From Candidatus Latescibacterota bacterium (GTDB lineage: Bacteria; Latescibacterota; CBDEFO01), in assembly GCA_965237525.1 (NCBI GenBank), contig CBDEFO010000008.1:1912494-1976493 (forward strand): DNA of 64,000 nt. The letters are read 5' to 3'. Of the stretch, positions 46,472 to 57,260 are shown in pieces; the stretch's first letter is position 1, and each line of letters opens with the position of its first letter. Below the pieces are notes generated by a model that ran no database searches, was not told where the DNA came from, and was given only the letters and a program-made list of their open reading frames with translations. Both the position numbers and the translations under genes were made by a program.

Positions 46472-47492
46472 CATGAACATGCATTTTGGAGAACCTGCAT
46501 ATTTTCACTGCTTATGGCTCATTCCTGCGCTGATCATCTTCTACGTCTGGGCGTTCAGGAGAAAGAAGCGGGCGCTTTTCCTCTTCGGGGGCACGGAGCT
46601 TATAGACAAATTGGCGGCGTCCAGGAGCAGAAGGAACCAGATATGGAAGATAATCTTATCTATATTGGGCATCTTTTTCCTTGTCTTGGCCTTGGTGCGG
46701 CCTCAACTGGGAGCGAAGCTGAAATTAGGTCAAAGCAGGGGCGTGGATGTGGTCATACTCCTGGACACGTCCTTGAGCATGCTGTCGGAGGACATCAAAC
46801 CGAACAGGCTGGAAAGGGCAAAATACGGCATCAGAGATCTAATAGATAAGCTGGGTGGGAATCGCATCGGGATAGTTTCCTTTGCCGGAGAAAGTTACAT
46901 AGAGTGTCCGCTGACTTTAGATTACAGCACCGCTCAGAGTATCGTTGACGGTCTGGATACGACCTCTGTTCAGGGGACTGCTGTCGGCGACGCTATACGG
47001 ATGGCATCGTCCCTTTTCAATAAGAAGGACCTCAAGTACAAGGTGATGGTAATCTTTTCGGATGGAGAGAGCCACGAAAGCGACATCACAAGCGCAGCCG
47101 AAATAGCCACGGATGAGGGCGTCGTCATACACGCTGTGGGAGTCGGTACAAAGAAGGGGGACGTTATCTCCTTCCGCCAGAAAGATGGAAACGTAGAATA
47201 TAAGAAGGATAGGGCAGGAAACGTGGTGGTTACCAGGCTGATGGAGAGCAACCTGCAAAGAATCGCTTTCCACTCCGGAGGCATCTATCAGAGCATGCGG
47301 GAGTTTGAGCCGGAGGAGATATACGAAGAGATCTCAAAGATGGAAAAGAAAGAACTGCAATCTAGAAAGTACACTAAATATGAAGACAGATTTCAGTACG
47401 TCTTGGTCTTCTCCATAGCCGCTCTTATTATAGAATCTATTACCAGTGACAGAAGGAGGCTGAAGGCGGAATGGAAGGGGCGGTTCCAATGA
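46472..47492 (+). CDS. batB: vWA-domain protein BatB
   Basis: TM N-terminus, MIDAS DTSLSM, vWA fold. The annotated longer start runs into the REP region. Confidence 0.75.
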
Positions 47493-49447
47493 TCCATCGG
47501 GAGACTCGTCAGGTAAACAACGTAAGAATAAGTGGAAAGGCAAGCGGAGCGTTGCCCTGTCTGCCCCGATTGCATCTTTCGGGGGGAGGCCCTCGATTGT
47601 ATCCATGTGGCGCTACTATCTACTGTCTGCTGATACCTGTCTTCTGTATACTGATTTTGTCGGTGTCGTTTCCTGCCTATACTGCTGACGTTAGCTTTCA
47701 GGCCTACGTAGACAAGAATAAGATCGGAACGACCGACCGGCTTAAGCTGATCGTATCGGTCTCGGGATCTAAGCTGGGCAGCCTCCCCGATCCGGTCCTC
47801 CCCACTCTGAACAATTTTACCGTGTCCGCTCCGGTCCGAAGCTCATCTTCCAGCTATCAGTTCTCCACAGGCGGTAGTTTGGTATCCGAACAGAAATTAG
47901 AGTTTACGTATATTCTGCGCCCTCTGAGGAGCGGGCGCTTGGTTATAGGTCCCGTGAAAATGAAGGTTAAGGCTGTGGAGTATGAGTCTCGTCCTATTCA
48001 GATCCAAGTAGTCGAGGGAACCACTGAAACTGTGAGGACGCCGAGAGGTAGTCAAATACCGATAGAGGGAAATCTGTATATGGAGGTGACTGCAGATAGA
48101 GAGAGGGCATACGTGGGCGAGCAGATAACCCTGTCCTACGACCTTTACAACAGATTCAGTATTTCAGACTTAAGATACAACGCCGCCCCTGCGTATCAGG
48201 ACTTCTGGGTTGAGGATATATTCGATTTCAGAACAAAGAGTTATCTGGAGAGCAGACGAGAGGCGATAGATAACCGACTCTTTGAAGTAGCTCTTCTGAA
48301 AAAGGTGGCAGTCTTTCCGAAGGCTCCGGGTACTTTCAGGATAGAGCCTCTTAAGATAGAATGCGACATCCAGGTGAGAGGTAGGAGTACGAGCATCTTT
48401 GACTTTGGTGGATTCTCCTCAAGGACGAAGACCCTTTTAGTTCAGTCCGATCCCATAGATGTGGAGGTTCTGCCGCTGCCACAAAGGGGAAAGACGGGGG
48501 ATTTTGACGTTCCTGTCGGCGACTTTTCCATCTCGGCTTCGACCGATCTGAAGACCGCTACAAAGGGGGATGCGATATCCTTAAAGGTGGTCATCTCGGG
48601 TGCGGGAAATGTAACTTCCATAAGGGAACTGAAGTCTCCTCTCTTGGACTCGTTCAAGGTCTACGATCCTAAAATAGAGGCAGAATCGAAGGCCGTAGAC
48701 GGGATCATTCAGGGCACAAAGACGTTCGAATATGTTCTGATACCTGAGACTGACGGCGATCTTCTGATAGCTCCCTTTGAGTTTTCTTACTTCGATCCTG
48801 CAAAAGAAAGGTATATGACGACTCAGACTTCTCCTCTGTCCCTCAGTATTTCTCCTGTGTTAGAGACCGAGAAGGTTTCGGCGGGATATGGCCTTTCCCG
48901 CGAGGAAATAAAGTTAATAGGGGAGGATATACGCTATATCAAGCCCGATTATAGAGGGGCAGAACGCCAGCTTGAGGATCAGGGCCGACCCTTATACAAG
49001 AATATGCGTTTCTTATTCCTTCAGATAGTCCCCGTCATAGCCCTGATCGGGGCCTGGACATATAAACGGCACCTTGTGAAGGTTCGTACCGATGCTGCCT
49101 ACGTCCGCAGGAAGAGGGCCAAAACTCAGGCCGCCAGGAGGCTCAAAAGGGCAAGGCAACTTATGAAAGATGAGTCATCAACCGAGTTCTACGCTGAGAT
49201 CAACAGCGCTCTTTCGGAGTTTTTGGCGGATAAGCTCAATATCCCGGCTGCAGGGCTCACCAAAGATTCTATGGAGGAGCATCTACTGCAAAGAGGCGTA
49301 GACCAGGCATTGGTAGATAACCTGAAAGATACTCTAAGCCGGTGTGACTTTGCAAGGTTTGCCCCCTCCCAATCTATGTCCGATGATCTGGAAACGCTCC
49401 TGAATAAGACCGAAAAGTCCATTGATCGTTTGGAAAAGCGAATTTAA
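47489..49447 (+). CDS. batD: BatD-like oxygen-tolerance protein
   Basis: ATGA overlap with the batB stop. Signal peptide, repeated beta domains, C-terminal TM plus basic tail. Confidence 0.6.
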   Translation: MIHRETRQVNNVRISGKASGALPCLPRLHLSGGGPRLYPCGATIYCLLIPVFCILILSVSFPAYTADVSFQAYVDKNKIGTTDRLKLIVSVSGSKLGSLPDPVLPTLNNFTVSAPVRSSSSSYQFSTGGSLVSEQKLEFTYILRPLRSGRLVIGPVKMKVKAVEYESRPIQIQVVEGTTETVRTPRGSQIPIEGNLYMEVTADRERAYVGEQITLSYDLYNRFSISDLRYNAAPAYQDFWVEDIFDFRTKSYLESRREAIDNRLFEVALLKKVAVFPKAPGTFRIEPLKIECDIQVRGRSTSIFDFGGFSSRTKTLLVQSDPIDVEVLPLPQRGKTGDFDVPVGDFSISASTDLKTATKGDAISLKVVISGAGNVTSIRELKSPLLDSFKVYDPKIEAESKAVDGIIQGTKTFEYVLIPETDGDLLIAPFEFSYFDPAKERYMTTQTSPLSLSISPVLETEKVSAGYGLSREEIKLIGEDIRYIKPDYRGAERQLEDQGRPLYKNMRFLFLQIVPVIALIGAWTYKRHLVKVRTDAAYVRRKRAKTQAARRLKRARQLMKDESSTEFYAEINSALSEFLADKLNIPAAGLTKDSMEEHLLQRGVDQALVDNLKDTLSRCDFARFAPSQSMSDDLETLLNKTEKSIDRLEKRI

Positions 49448-49469
49448 TCTTTCCGAGATCTCATAACCC

Positions 49470-50279
49470 GTGATGAAATCCTTGATCTGCAGCCAAAACA
49501 ACGCCAAATCGCTTCTTTCCCTTGTTGTCCTCTTTACTCTATTTTTCTTAATTGTATTTTCCGGGGTCTCAAGTTATGCATCCTCAGCCGCAACGGCTCT
49601 TTACAACGAGGCTAACAGACTCTACAGAGATGGGCAGTACCTGGAGGCGGCAGAACAGTACGAGGCAATACTAAAGACGGGGATACAAAATGGGGATGTC
49701 TATTATAACCTGGGAAACGCCTACTTTAAAAGTGGACAGATCGGAAGGGCTATTCTCTGGTACGAACGGGCCTTGAGGCTACGCCCCCGCGATGAGGATG
49801 TAAAATGGAACCTGAAATTTGCAAACCTGCTAAAGGTGGATAAAGACCTTCCACCGGGCCAAAACATAGTGACAAGGTTCATTCTCGGGGTTCACAATCT
49901 CCTGACAGTAGACGAGCAGACGATTCTTTGCAGCGCTCTTTTCTATTCTATAACAGCCGCCTTTGTTGCTCTTTTGTTCGCAGGCACCAGAGTTCGAACC
50001 GCGCTGATAACGCTTCTTATCTGCTTCGGCGTCCTGTGGCTGGTTGGGGGAGTCTCCACGGCCGCCAAAATATATCGCAACGAGTCTGAAGAGGAGGCTG
50101 TGGTAATTTCCCCTGATGCAGACGCTTTCAGCGGTCCGGGAGAGGATAACACGAAGATATTTACGCTCCACGAGGGTACTAAAGTCACGATAGAGCGCCG
50201 AAGCCTGGAGTGGTTTCTCGTCCGTCTGTCCGACGACACTGGGGCGTGGATACAAAAAGAGGTAGTTGAGAAGATATAG
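49470..50279 (+). CDS. TPR plus SH3-like protein (BatC/BatE-like)
   Basis: TPR units (YYNLGNAYFKSGQIGRAILWYERAL), TM segments, C-terminal SH3b-like domain. Confidence 0.6.
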   Translation: MMKSLICSQNNAKSLLSLVVLFTLFFLIVFSGVSSYASSAATALYNEANRLYRDGQYLEAAEQYEAILKTGIQNGDVYYNLGNAYFKSGQIGRAILWYERALRLRPRDEDVKWNLKFANLLKVDKDLPPGQNIVTRFILGVHNLLTVDEQTILCSALFYSITAAFVALLFAGTRVRTALITLLICFGVLWLVGGVSTAAKIYRNESEEEAVVISPDADAFSGPGEDNTKIFTLHEGTKVTIERRSLEWFLVRLSDDTGAWIQKEVVEKI

Positions 50280-50535
50280 ACAAGGTCGTGTAGAGTTTAC
50301 TGAGAATCACACTCTACCGAGTGAATTCTTTATATAGATCTTTGTCATTTCTCAAGCAGATAGAATGCAGTTGGAACGCTGCCTTTGGATAGACTGTCTT
50401 TATCTATCTTTCTTTTTGTGTCTGTCTAGTCTCAGTCTCTTTTTCCTTTTATGCGTCGCTATTTTCTTGCGTTTCTTCTTTTTACCGCAGGGCAAAGACT
50501 CGCACCTCCTTTCGATAGCCAGAATGTAGGGCTGT

Positions 50536-50569
50536 CCCCAATACAAAAAACGATAGACGAAATCGGGGA
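50536..50569. repeat. Degenerate, elongated REP-like copy
   Basis: GCTGTCCCCAATACAAAAAACGATAGACGAAATCGGGGACCTGTC. Confidence 0.35.
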
Positions 50570-50599
50570 CCTGTCTTTAACATTGTCAAAGTTTTGAGG

Positions 50600-50908
50600 C
50601 TACACCTGTGTTGTTAATAACCTGTTTTTCAACTTCTTGGACGGTTTGAAGACAGGCACGTATCTTTCCGGGATTTTGACCTCTTCTCCAGTCCTGGGAT
50701 TTCGTCCTGTCCTCTGCGCTCTCTTGACTACCTTGAACGTTCCGAATCCCCTGAGTTCGATAGTTTTATTTTGAGATATCGCTTCAACAACAGAGTTCAA
50801 GAATCCATCTACAATGACCCCTGTGTCGATCTTCGTTATTCCGGTAGCCGATGCCACCCTGTCCACAATATCCGCCTTGGTCACGTCGGTCCCTCCTTTT
50901 TCGGGCAA
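50600..50908 (-). CDS. hup: HU/IHF-family DNA-binding protein
   Basis: …RGFGTFKVVKRAQRTGRNPRTGEEVKIPERYVPVFKPSKKL… is the HU beta-arm signature. Confidence 0.8.
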   Translation of the reverse strand: MPEKGGTDVTKADIVDRVASATGITKIDTGVIVDGFLNSVVEAISQNKTIELRGFGTFKVVKRAQRTGRNPRTGEEVKIPERYVPVFKPSKKLKNRLLTTQV

Positions 50909-50927
50909 GAGGTCTTTGGGGAGAAAG

Positions 50928-51824
50928 CTAAAGGAGCATATATTTAAGTGAGATGTGAGATCCTCTTTCTCCCAGAAAGATCCTATCCATAATTATGTCC
51001 ATAATCATGTCCAGCAGTTTCAATCCCCTTCGTTTTTCCACGACAGTCTTTGGGTCTTTCTCCAGGCCCGTCATCTGTGCCGCTATATCTATAGCGTCTT
51101 GATAGTTTCCCAAAACGTCCACGAATCCGTACTCCAGAGCCTGTCTGCCAGTAAATATTCGTCCGTCAGCCAATTTGATCACTTCTTCCTGGGTGAGTTT
51201 TCTTTGAGAAACTATAGCCTCTATGAACTGGTTATAGGTGTCATCTATGACGCCCTGTAGTAGTTCTCGCTCCTCCTTTGTGAGTTCTTTTGAAAATGCT
51301 CCCATGTCTTTGTACTTGCCGCTCTTTACAACGTCAAATTCCAGCCCGATCTTTTTGAGCAGCTCCTTTGCATTGGCAAGTTGAGCGATGACTCCTATGC
51401 TTCCCGTAATCGTTGCCGGGCTTGCGACTATGGTATCCGCCGCGGCAGCTATGTAATATCCGCCGGAGGCCGCCACGCTTCCCATAGATACGATGACCTT
51501 TTTGCCCTTTGACCTTACCTTGAGCATCGTCTCATATATTTCTTGAGACGGAACCACTGCTCCTCCGGGGCTGTCTATCCTTACGACTACGGCGGGCACA
51601 GAGTCGTCATCGCTGTATTTTTTCAGTTGCTTTATGACAGAACTGGAGCTGAAGATAGGCCCCTTTATCTCTATCAGGGCCACTTTCCTGGCCGAATCGC
51701 CGCTTATAGAAAGACCGTCGCTCTCCATTCCTATAAGTCCTATTGCGATCAGGGCGATCAGAAAGACGAATAGGAGGCTCGATCCAATAATGATTCCTAT
51801 TATCCAATCCTGCTTCTTTGCCAC
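50928..51824 (-). CDS. sppA: Signal peptide peptidase SppA (36K type)
   Basis: N-terminal TM. ClpP/crotonase-like fold with …GSVAASGGYYIA…. Catalytic S/K arrangement. Confidence 0.8.
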   Translation of the reverse strand: MAKKQDWIIGIIIGSSLLFVFLIALIAIGLIGMESDGLSISGDSARKVALIEIKGPIFSSSSVIKQLKKYSDDDSVPAVVVRIDSPGGAVVPSQEIYETMLKVRSKGKKVIVSMGSVAASGGYYIAAAADTIVASPATITGSIGVIAQLANAKELLKKIGLEFDVVKSGKYKDMGAFSKELTKEERELLQGVIDDTYNQFIEAIVSQRKLTQEEVIKLADGRIFTGRQALEYGFVDVLGNYQDAIDIAAQMTGLEKDPKTVVEKRRGLKLLDMIMDIIMDRIFLGERGSHISLKYMLL

Positions 51825-52374
51825 GTCTTATTCTCCTAACTTAACAGAACACTGCAAGATAAAGGACAATATAATAAATATAACGGAACTGGCCTATTTG
51901 TCAACAGATTTACATTTAGCTGTCAGGGTAATGCACTTCTCAGTCTGGAGGTGAGGCTTGATTGAACGTCTGTTTAAGTGCTTTCTTCCTGTTTCGTGTT
52001 TCCCTAACTCTTTATGTTATTAGGAGATAAAGCTTATTGACTTTCCTCTTGTTTCGTGTTATGTTATGGCATTCCCGCTTGTTCCAGTAGAAATTTAGTA
52101 GAAGTATGGTAGAAAAGTCAAGGACAAAATTGCCCAGGGGTATTCAGTATTCCCAGAAGTGTTGGTTGGGTAGGAGCGAAGCAACGTATCAAGGCCAATC
52201 AGGGCTCGTTCACCTCCGGACTGAGAACTGTAAACTCTGTGGCAACTTCCAATCCTGTCGGGTAAAGGCACATGGTATCCACCCTTGGTAAAGATAGATA
52301 GAAGAGAGTCAAGGATCAAGACTGGCCCGATTAATTCATAAACTTGGTGGAGTCATTGCGAGGAGCAAAGCGGT

Positions 52375-52395
52375 CCCCGATTGAGTCTATCGGGG
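52375..52395. repeat. REP-like palindrome (forward)
   Basis: CCCCGATTGAGTCTATCGGGG. Confidence 0.65.
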
Positions 52396-52700
52396 AAGCA
52401 ATCTCAAGGTTTTATAGTGGTCTCCTATGAGAGCCCGAGAGTATTACATCTACCACATAATCGAGATTGCTTCGCCTTCGGCTCGCAAGGACACCGAAGG
52501 TGGTTAAACGTCATAACTATAATATAATACAATCCCTTAATTAATACACGGCCTTTTTTTGTGAATTATTCGGGCTTAGCTTGAAACTTTGTTGCACTAA
52601 TTGAGGCCATAATCAAAAGCTATCCTTAGCCTGCGGTTGAGGAAGCGATACAGATGTAGCTGGGCTTTAGGTTTGATCAACTAATAAAAGGAGGCAGGCG

Positions 52701-55433
52701 GTGAGAGATCTTAGAACTATACATTGTGCTTGCGAAGCTGTTCTTATGATGAGTTTGGTACTTTTCCTATTTCCTGTTCGTGTGCAGGCTCAGGTTCGTA
52801 TGGAGCGTCAGGGATATTCGATCGTGGGCGGCAACAAGGTCATCATAGATTCGAAAGAGCAATGGTCTTTCTGGAAGGCTGCTGCAAAGACGATCCAGGT
52901 CACCGATGAGGGGGTAAGACCTGGGTTCATGCGCAAGAGCACAGAAATAGAGATAGATGGCCAGATGGTGAGGGTTCCCGGCATAGACGTTGTCCCAAAT
53001 GCATTTGAGTTTGGAGGAGGCATAAAGGCGGCAGGTTCAAACGCTTCAATCGCCGCCGACCTTATGGATGGTGATCTGGACACCTACTGGGAACCGGATA
53101 TGGATGATCCTATAGAGAATTGGTGGGTGCAGATAGATCTGGGGCAGCTTATATCTGTCACCAAGATCGTTCTCAGGTTCGTGGGGGAGGATCTTGGAGA
53201 TCCATTTTTGCAGTTTAAGGTCCTAACGGCTCAAGGGGAGCCGTTCCCTGGTCGGCCTGACCTGTTTATATTCAGAAAGGTCTTGAGTACGGACCAGCCT
53301 AACCTGGATGAGAGGGTCTTTGAGGTGGATATGACTCTTCTGAAGCCCACTGATTTTCCAGATGTACTCGGGGATTTCACTGGTGATGTTATCAGATATG
53401 TGAATGTGGTTATAACAGACAGCAGATACGGTAAGGGGCTGCGGGTCACCGAATCTGGATTTGAGAGTCTGGAGCCTGACGAACGTGGAGAGATAGAATA
53501 CTTCAGACGAGAGTCAACAGGCAGGTTGAGGTTGGTGGAAGGCTTACGGCAATGGGAGGCTATAGAGGATGAGAGCAAACGAGGACCGGTAGTCCACCAC
53601 CGTCGGGAGTTGCCGAGGTTGGCGGAGGTTGAGGTGTGGTCAATTGGCGACAACATCGCTTTGGGCATATTAGATCGCGGCGGCACTTTAGAGAGCACTG
53701 AAGCCCCAAACGAACCGCTCTTGGTTGATGGTAATATCAAACCGGCGTACAACATTTCGAATCAATATAAGAACGACCCAACGCCGGATTTTCTGCAAAC
53801 TGAGCGCGGGTTAGTTATAGATCTTGGAGGTGCCTTCTTTTTAGATAACGTTCGGATGATTACGGATTTAGGGGGGACACACGGTCAGGGCACGCTTTAT
53901 GACAATTACGCAATGAGTCTGTCGGACGGTTCCAGGACTCTTGACGGGAGCTTAGCCTGGAAGCTTGTGGTGGATATGGTTTCCGGAAGCCAGCTTGGTC
54001 AAACAAAATATCACGACCACAAATTCAAGGCTTCCAAAGCTAAATTCTTCTCCCTTACCTGGACTCTGCTTGGGGTAAAGGGAGGGGGAGGACGTGCCGC
54101 AATAAAGGAGATTCAATTATTCGGAGAGGGCTATTTGCCGGAGGCCCAGATTGTATCTATCTTTGAAGGGAGATCCCCCTTCATTGAGCTGCCAGGGATA
54201 AGGAATCTGACGTCGTTACAGTGGGATGCAGATACGCCGGAAGGCACAGATGTGCTTATTCAGACAAAGACAGGTGATACGGTCAAGAAGGTAAAATACT
54301 ACTTCACGAGGGCAGGCAAAGAATTGCACCCGGGGAACGAGAAAGAAGCAGAAAAAGCATATAACAAGTGCTGTCTTAAAGGGTTTTTTGAGGGGAGTAT
54401 AGTGGAGGAGACAGTCCCAGGAAGTGGTTGGAGTGGCTGGAGTGAGACCTATGTGCGTTCGGGGGACAGGTTCAGATCTCCCAGTCCCAGAAAATACATT
54501 ATGATCCGAGCTACCTTTCTGACGGACGATCCTTTTCGATTTGCTACTTTGCGTTCAGTGAGGCTTAATTTCTTGGCAGGTGACCCTGTTGCCACATCTG
54601 TGATTGGAGAGGTAACACCTTCCCGTCTGGATTCGATAGGCATTAAGCAGGAACTGTCCTTTTTCATCCGCCCCACGTTTGATTTTAGGAGCAAAGGGTT
54701 GGATGAGATCCTTATCGAGGCGCCTTCTGGAGTCAGGATGAACTTTAAGCAGGTCAATAAGTGGGAGGATGAAAGCATTGAAGACATGATCATAGATGGC
54801 CATCTGAGGGAACCTGATGAAAGTTATACAGATAAAAGCGAAGGTTTTCAGGTTTTATCCAGACCTGATTCCGATTCACTGTGGGTTCGGCTGCCGGGTC
54901 GTATAAAGACGACTACGGGTAATGTTCTAATCGAGGTCAAGTTTGAAGCGCAGTTATTTGGATTCAGCACATTTTTTGATGGTTCTATAGGCAATTCATC
55001 CGTAGAGGGTTCCTGGCAGAGGACGGACGATGGTGATGCTAATGGCGTTACAGACAGCGAAAAGACAGTAGTATTAGCCCTTGAGGGGAATAGGATATTA
55101 GATGCTATTGAGGTAGATCCTAAGATAATTACACCCAATGGAGACGGGATTAACGATAAGACGTCGATAAGCTTTTTACTGTTGCGTGTGGGGTTATCAA
55201 CTCCTGTGCAGGTGCAGATATACGATCTTAGCGGCAATATAGTTGTTGAGTTGCTGAATGACTCTCTTTCTTCGGGGGCATATAAAGAAGACGATGCAGT
55301 GATCTGGGATGGCACCGATAGTTCAGGAGGGTTAGTTACTCCTGGTATATATGTTATAAGGATTAATGTTGATACCGATTCAGATTCTGCTGAAGATAGT
55401 TCAGTCAGCCGGTTAGTGCAGGTTGCATATTGA
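52701..55433 (+). CDS. Large secreted protein: N-terminal discoidin/F5-8-type-C-like domain, C-terminal T9SS type-B (CHU_C/gliding-CTD-like) sorting domain
   Basis: Signal peptide. …MDGDLDTYWEP… domain. C-terminus …IITPNGDGINDKTSISF…VQIYDLSGNIV… resembles the PNGDGIND T9SS CTD. Confidence 0.55.
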   Translation: MRDLRTIHCACEAVLMMSLVLFLFPVRVQAQVRMERQGYSIVGGNKVIIDSKEQWSFWKAAAKTIQVTDEGVRPGFMRKSTEIEIDGQMVRVPGIDVVPNAFEFGGGIKAAGSNASIAADLMDGDLDTYWEPDMDDPIENWWVQIDLGQLISVTKIVLRFVGEDLGDPFLQFKVLTAQGEPFPGRPDLFIFRKVLSTDQPNLDERVFEVDMTLLKPTDFPDVLGDFTGDVIRYVNVVITDSRYGKGLRVTESGFESLEPDERGEIEYFRRESTGRLRLVEGLRQWEAIEDESKRGPVVHHRRELPRLAEVEVWSIGDNIALGILDRGGTLESTEAPNEPLLVDGNIKPAYNISNQYKNDPTPDFLQTERGLVIDLGGAFFLDNVRMITDLGGTHGQGTLYDNYAMSLSDGSRTLDGSLAWKLVVDMVSGSQLGQTKYHDHKFKASKAKFFSLTWTLLGVKGGGGRAAIKEIQLFGEGYLPEAQIVSIFEGRSPFIELPGIRNLTSLQWDADTPEGTDVLIQTKTGDTVKKVKYYFTRAGKELHPGNEKEAEKAYNKCCLKGFFEGSIVEETVPGSGWSGWSETYVRSGDRFRSPSPRKYIMIRATFLTDDPFRFATLRSVRLNFLAGDPVATSVIGEVTPSRLDSIGIKQELSFFIRPTFDFRSKGLDEILIEAPSGVRMNFKQVNKWEDESIEDMIIDGHLREPDESYTDKSEGFQVLSRPDSDSLWVRLPGRIKTTTGNVLIEVKFEAQLFGFSTFFDGSIGNSSVEGSWQRTDDGDANGVTDSEKTVVLALEGNRILDAIEVDPKIITPNGDGINDKTSISFLLLRVGLSTPVQVQIYDLSGNIVVELLNDSLSSGAYKEDDAVIWDGTDSSGGLVTPGIYVIRINVDTDSDSAEDSSVSRLVQVAY

Positions 55434-55441
55434 GCAAGCAG

Positions 55442-55463
55442 CCCACGATAGATTCAATCGGGC
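55442..55463. repeat. Degenerate REP-like copy (reverse)
   Basis: CCCACGATAGATTCAATCGGGC, 9 nt after the stop of the 910-aa gene. Confidence 0.45.
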
Positions 55464-55712
55464 AGTCGGGGTGTGGGCATCTCGTGCACAGCTGCCACCC
55501 CTTTTTGCTGGGGGACGAAGTGCCAGCAAACCGCGAAGTGGGCGAAGCAATCTGACTTAGGTTGCCTCTCCCTGTGTGTTGGCTGCTATTTAGGATCCCT
55601 ACAAACTTGTGCATACTATTTTGACGCGATACTGGGCTTTTACTTGAAGGGAGGGAACCCTAGTGTCAAACTCCGTTAATCACGGGAAGTCAGACCATTA
55701 ATCTCCAATGGG

Positions 55713-57130
55713 GTGATAAAAATGTCTTGGTGTGCAAGAATGGGTAGTATTTTATGTAGGCTGGCAGGGTTGATTCTGCTTGCTTTGGTGGTCACCAGTA
55801 TCTTTTCAGATGAAGCCACCTGTGCGACTATCTACAGGATCGGAAGGCCGTTTTCACCAGTAGAGAAAGACAGTCTCCAGGGGATAGGGATTAAGCTCAA
55901 GGAGATCAGCTGGTTGAACAAAGATGCATCTGAGATCAGGGAGAACATCGATGAGGACTCTCTGAAAGCGGCGGATGCAGGCTCAATTCAACCCAAGTTT
56001 ATCAGGGAGGGTGAGAGCATAGCCGCAACGGCTCTGGACAGAGGTGGATGGATAGCCGAAGGTACCCCCAAGCTTATGAGAGGCTAGGCCACCATGAGGG
56101 ATATGGAATCGAAGGCAACATTGGGAATAACATGATAGATGGGGATCCGACCACGGCTTTTGTGTGGCCTTGGCCGGCGCCCGCGGGGGAGCAAAGAGGC
56201 GGCGCAAGATGTCATCATGCACCTCACCGGATAGTTATTAACTTAGGCGGAATATTTGTCGTCAATAAAGTAAGATTCTACACTCGTGAAGGAACATCCC
56301 CAGAGGGTGAGGAATATGAGACTCACTTCATACAGGACTACGAATTGGGTACCAGCCTTGGCCGCCCGCAGGATTTCATCGAGACCCACTATTGTCGAGG
56401 AACGGGTTACATCCCGAGTTTCCGACAGTTTGCCAAGTACACTCACCCAGGCAGTAGAGGTCAATCTGGATTTCCATCTGGCGCCAGTGCACGTCATGAG
56501 CGCGTTGAAAATCTATTTCCTGAAGTTATAATACCGCTTGATCCTCCGGAGAAAATCTCTTATGTCGCGCTGTTCATCTATACCCCAAATTTGAAGACGA
56601 TAGAGATCGCCGAGTTTGAGGTCTTGGGACAGGGCTTTGTAGAAGAAGCCTCTTATATAGCTGACATAATTGAGTTGGACGACATCGCCAGTTTCGGCGA
56701 GATCACCTGGTCGGGGAGTCGTGATCCCAAGGCCGAGGCTAGGATCCGAACCAGGAGTGGGACAGATCGTCATCCGGACGTCTACTGGAGAATCAGCCCT
56801 GAGCAGCAAACGTCGGTAGTTTTGCCTCCCGAAAAGGGGGGAAAAGACCTGAGCCCAGAGGAGCACAAAAGTGAGTACGACAAACTCCCTAAAAGTTTTA
56901 GGGGTCCAGTGACTTACGATTCGGAAAACTGGAGCTTCTGGTCTGCACCTTACAAGTTTGAAAGTCCGGGAGTGACGATCGGAAGTGGTGTTTGGTGGAA
57001 ACAGAAGATGGTCACAAGGGTTGGTTTGCTGTTGAATCCAACTGGCGGATTGTCGGCACAGGAAAAGAGGCAGATGAGATATTTGACGGTCTATGTCACG
57101 CAGATTAGCTGGATGCTTACTGTTGCCTGA
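55713..57130 (+). pseudogene. Frame-disrupted paralog of the discoidin-like secreted protein
   Basis: ORF 55713..56087 (signal peptide) and ORF 56048..57130 (NMIDGDPTTAFVWPW…IVINLGGIFVVNKVRFYT, paralogous to 52701-ORF residues ~95-160) overlap in different frames. The second ORF ends abruptly compared with its 910-aa paralog. Confidence 0.5.
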
Positions 57131-57260
57131 CACCGCGTGCAACGGACGCGAGCGGCTAGCGGTTTTTGAATGTTTTGGAGTCAACCAAGAATAGGACTTG
57201 CTGCTGCTCGGCCTATAGTGTAGATAACGTTCTGTTGATCCGAAAAAGGAGAAGGAAATC

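Noticed and set aside
50289-50317. Hairpin GTAGAGT-N14-ACTCTAC after batE as a rho-independent terminator
   Set aside because: Not followed by a T-run. Cannot be supported from sequence alone.
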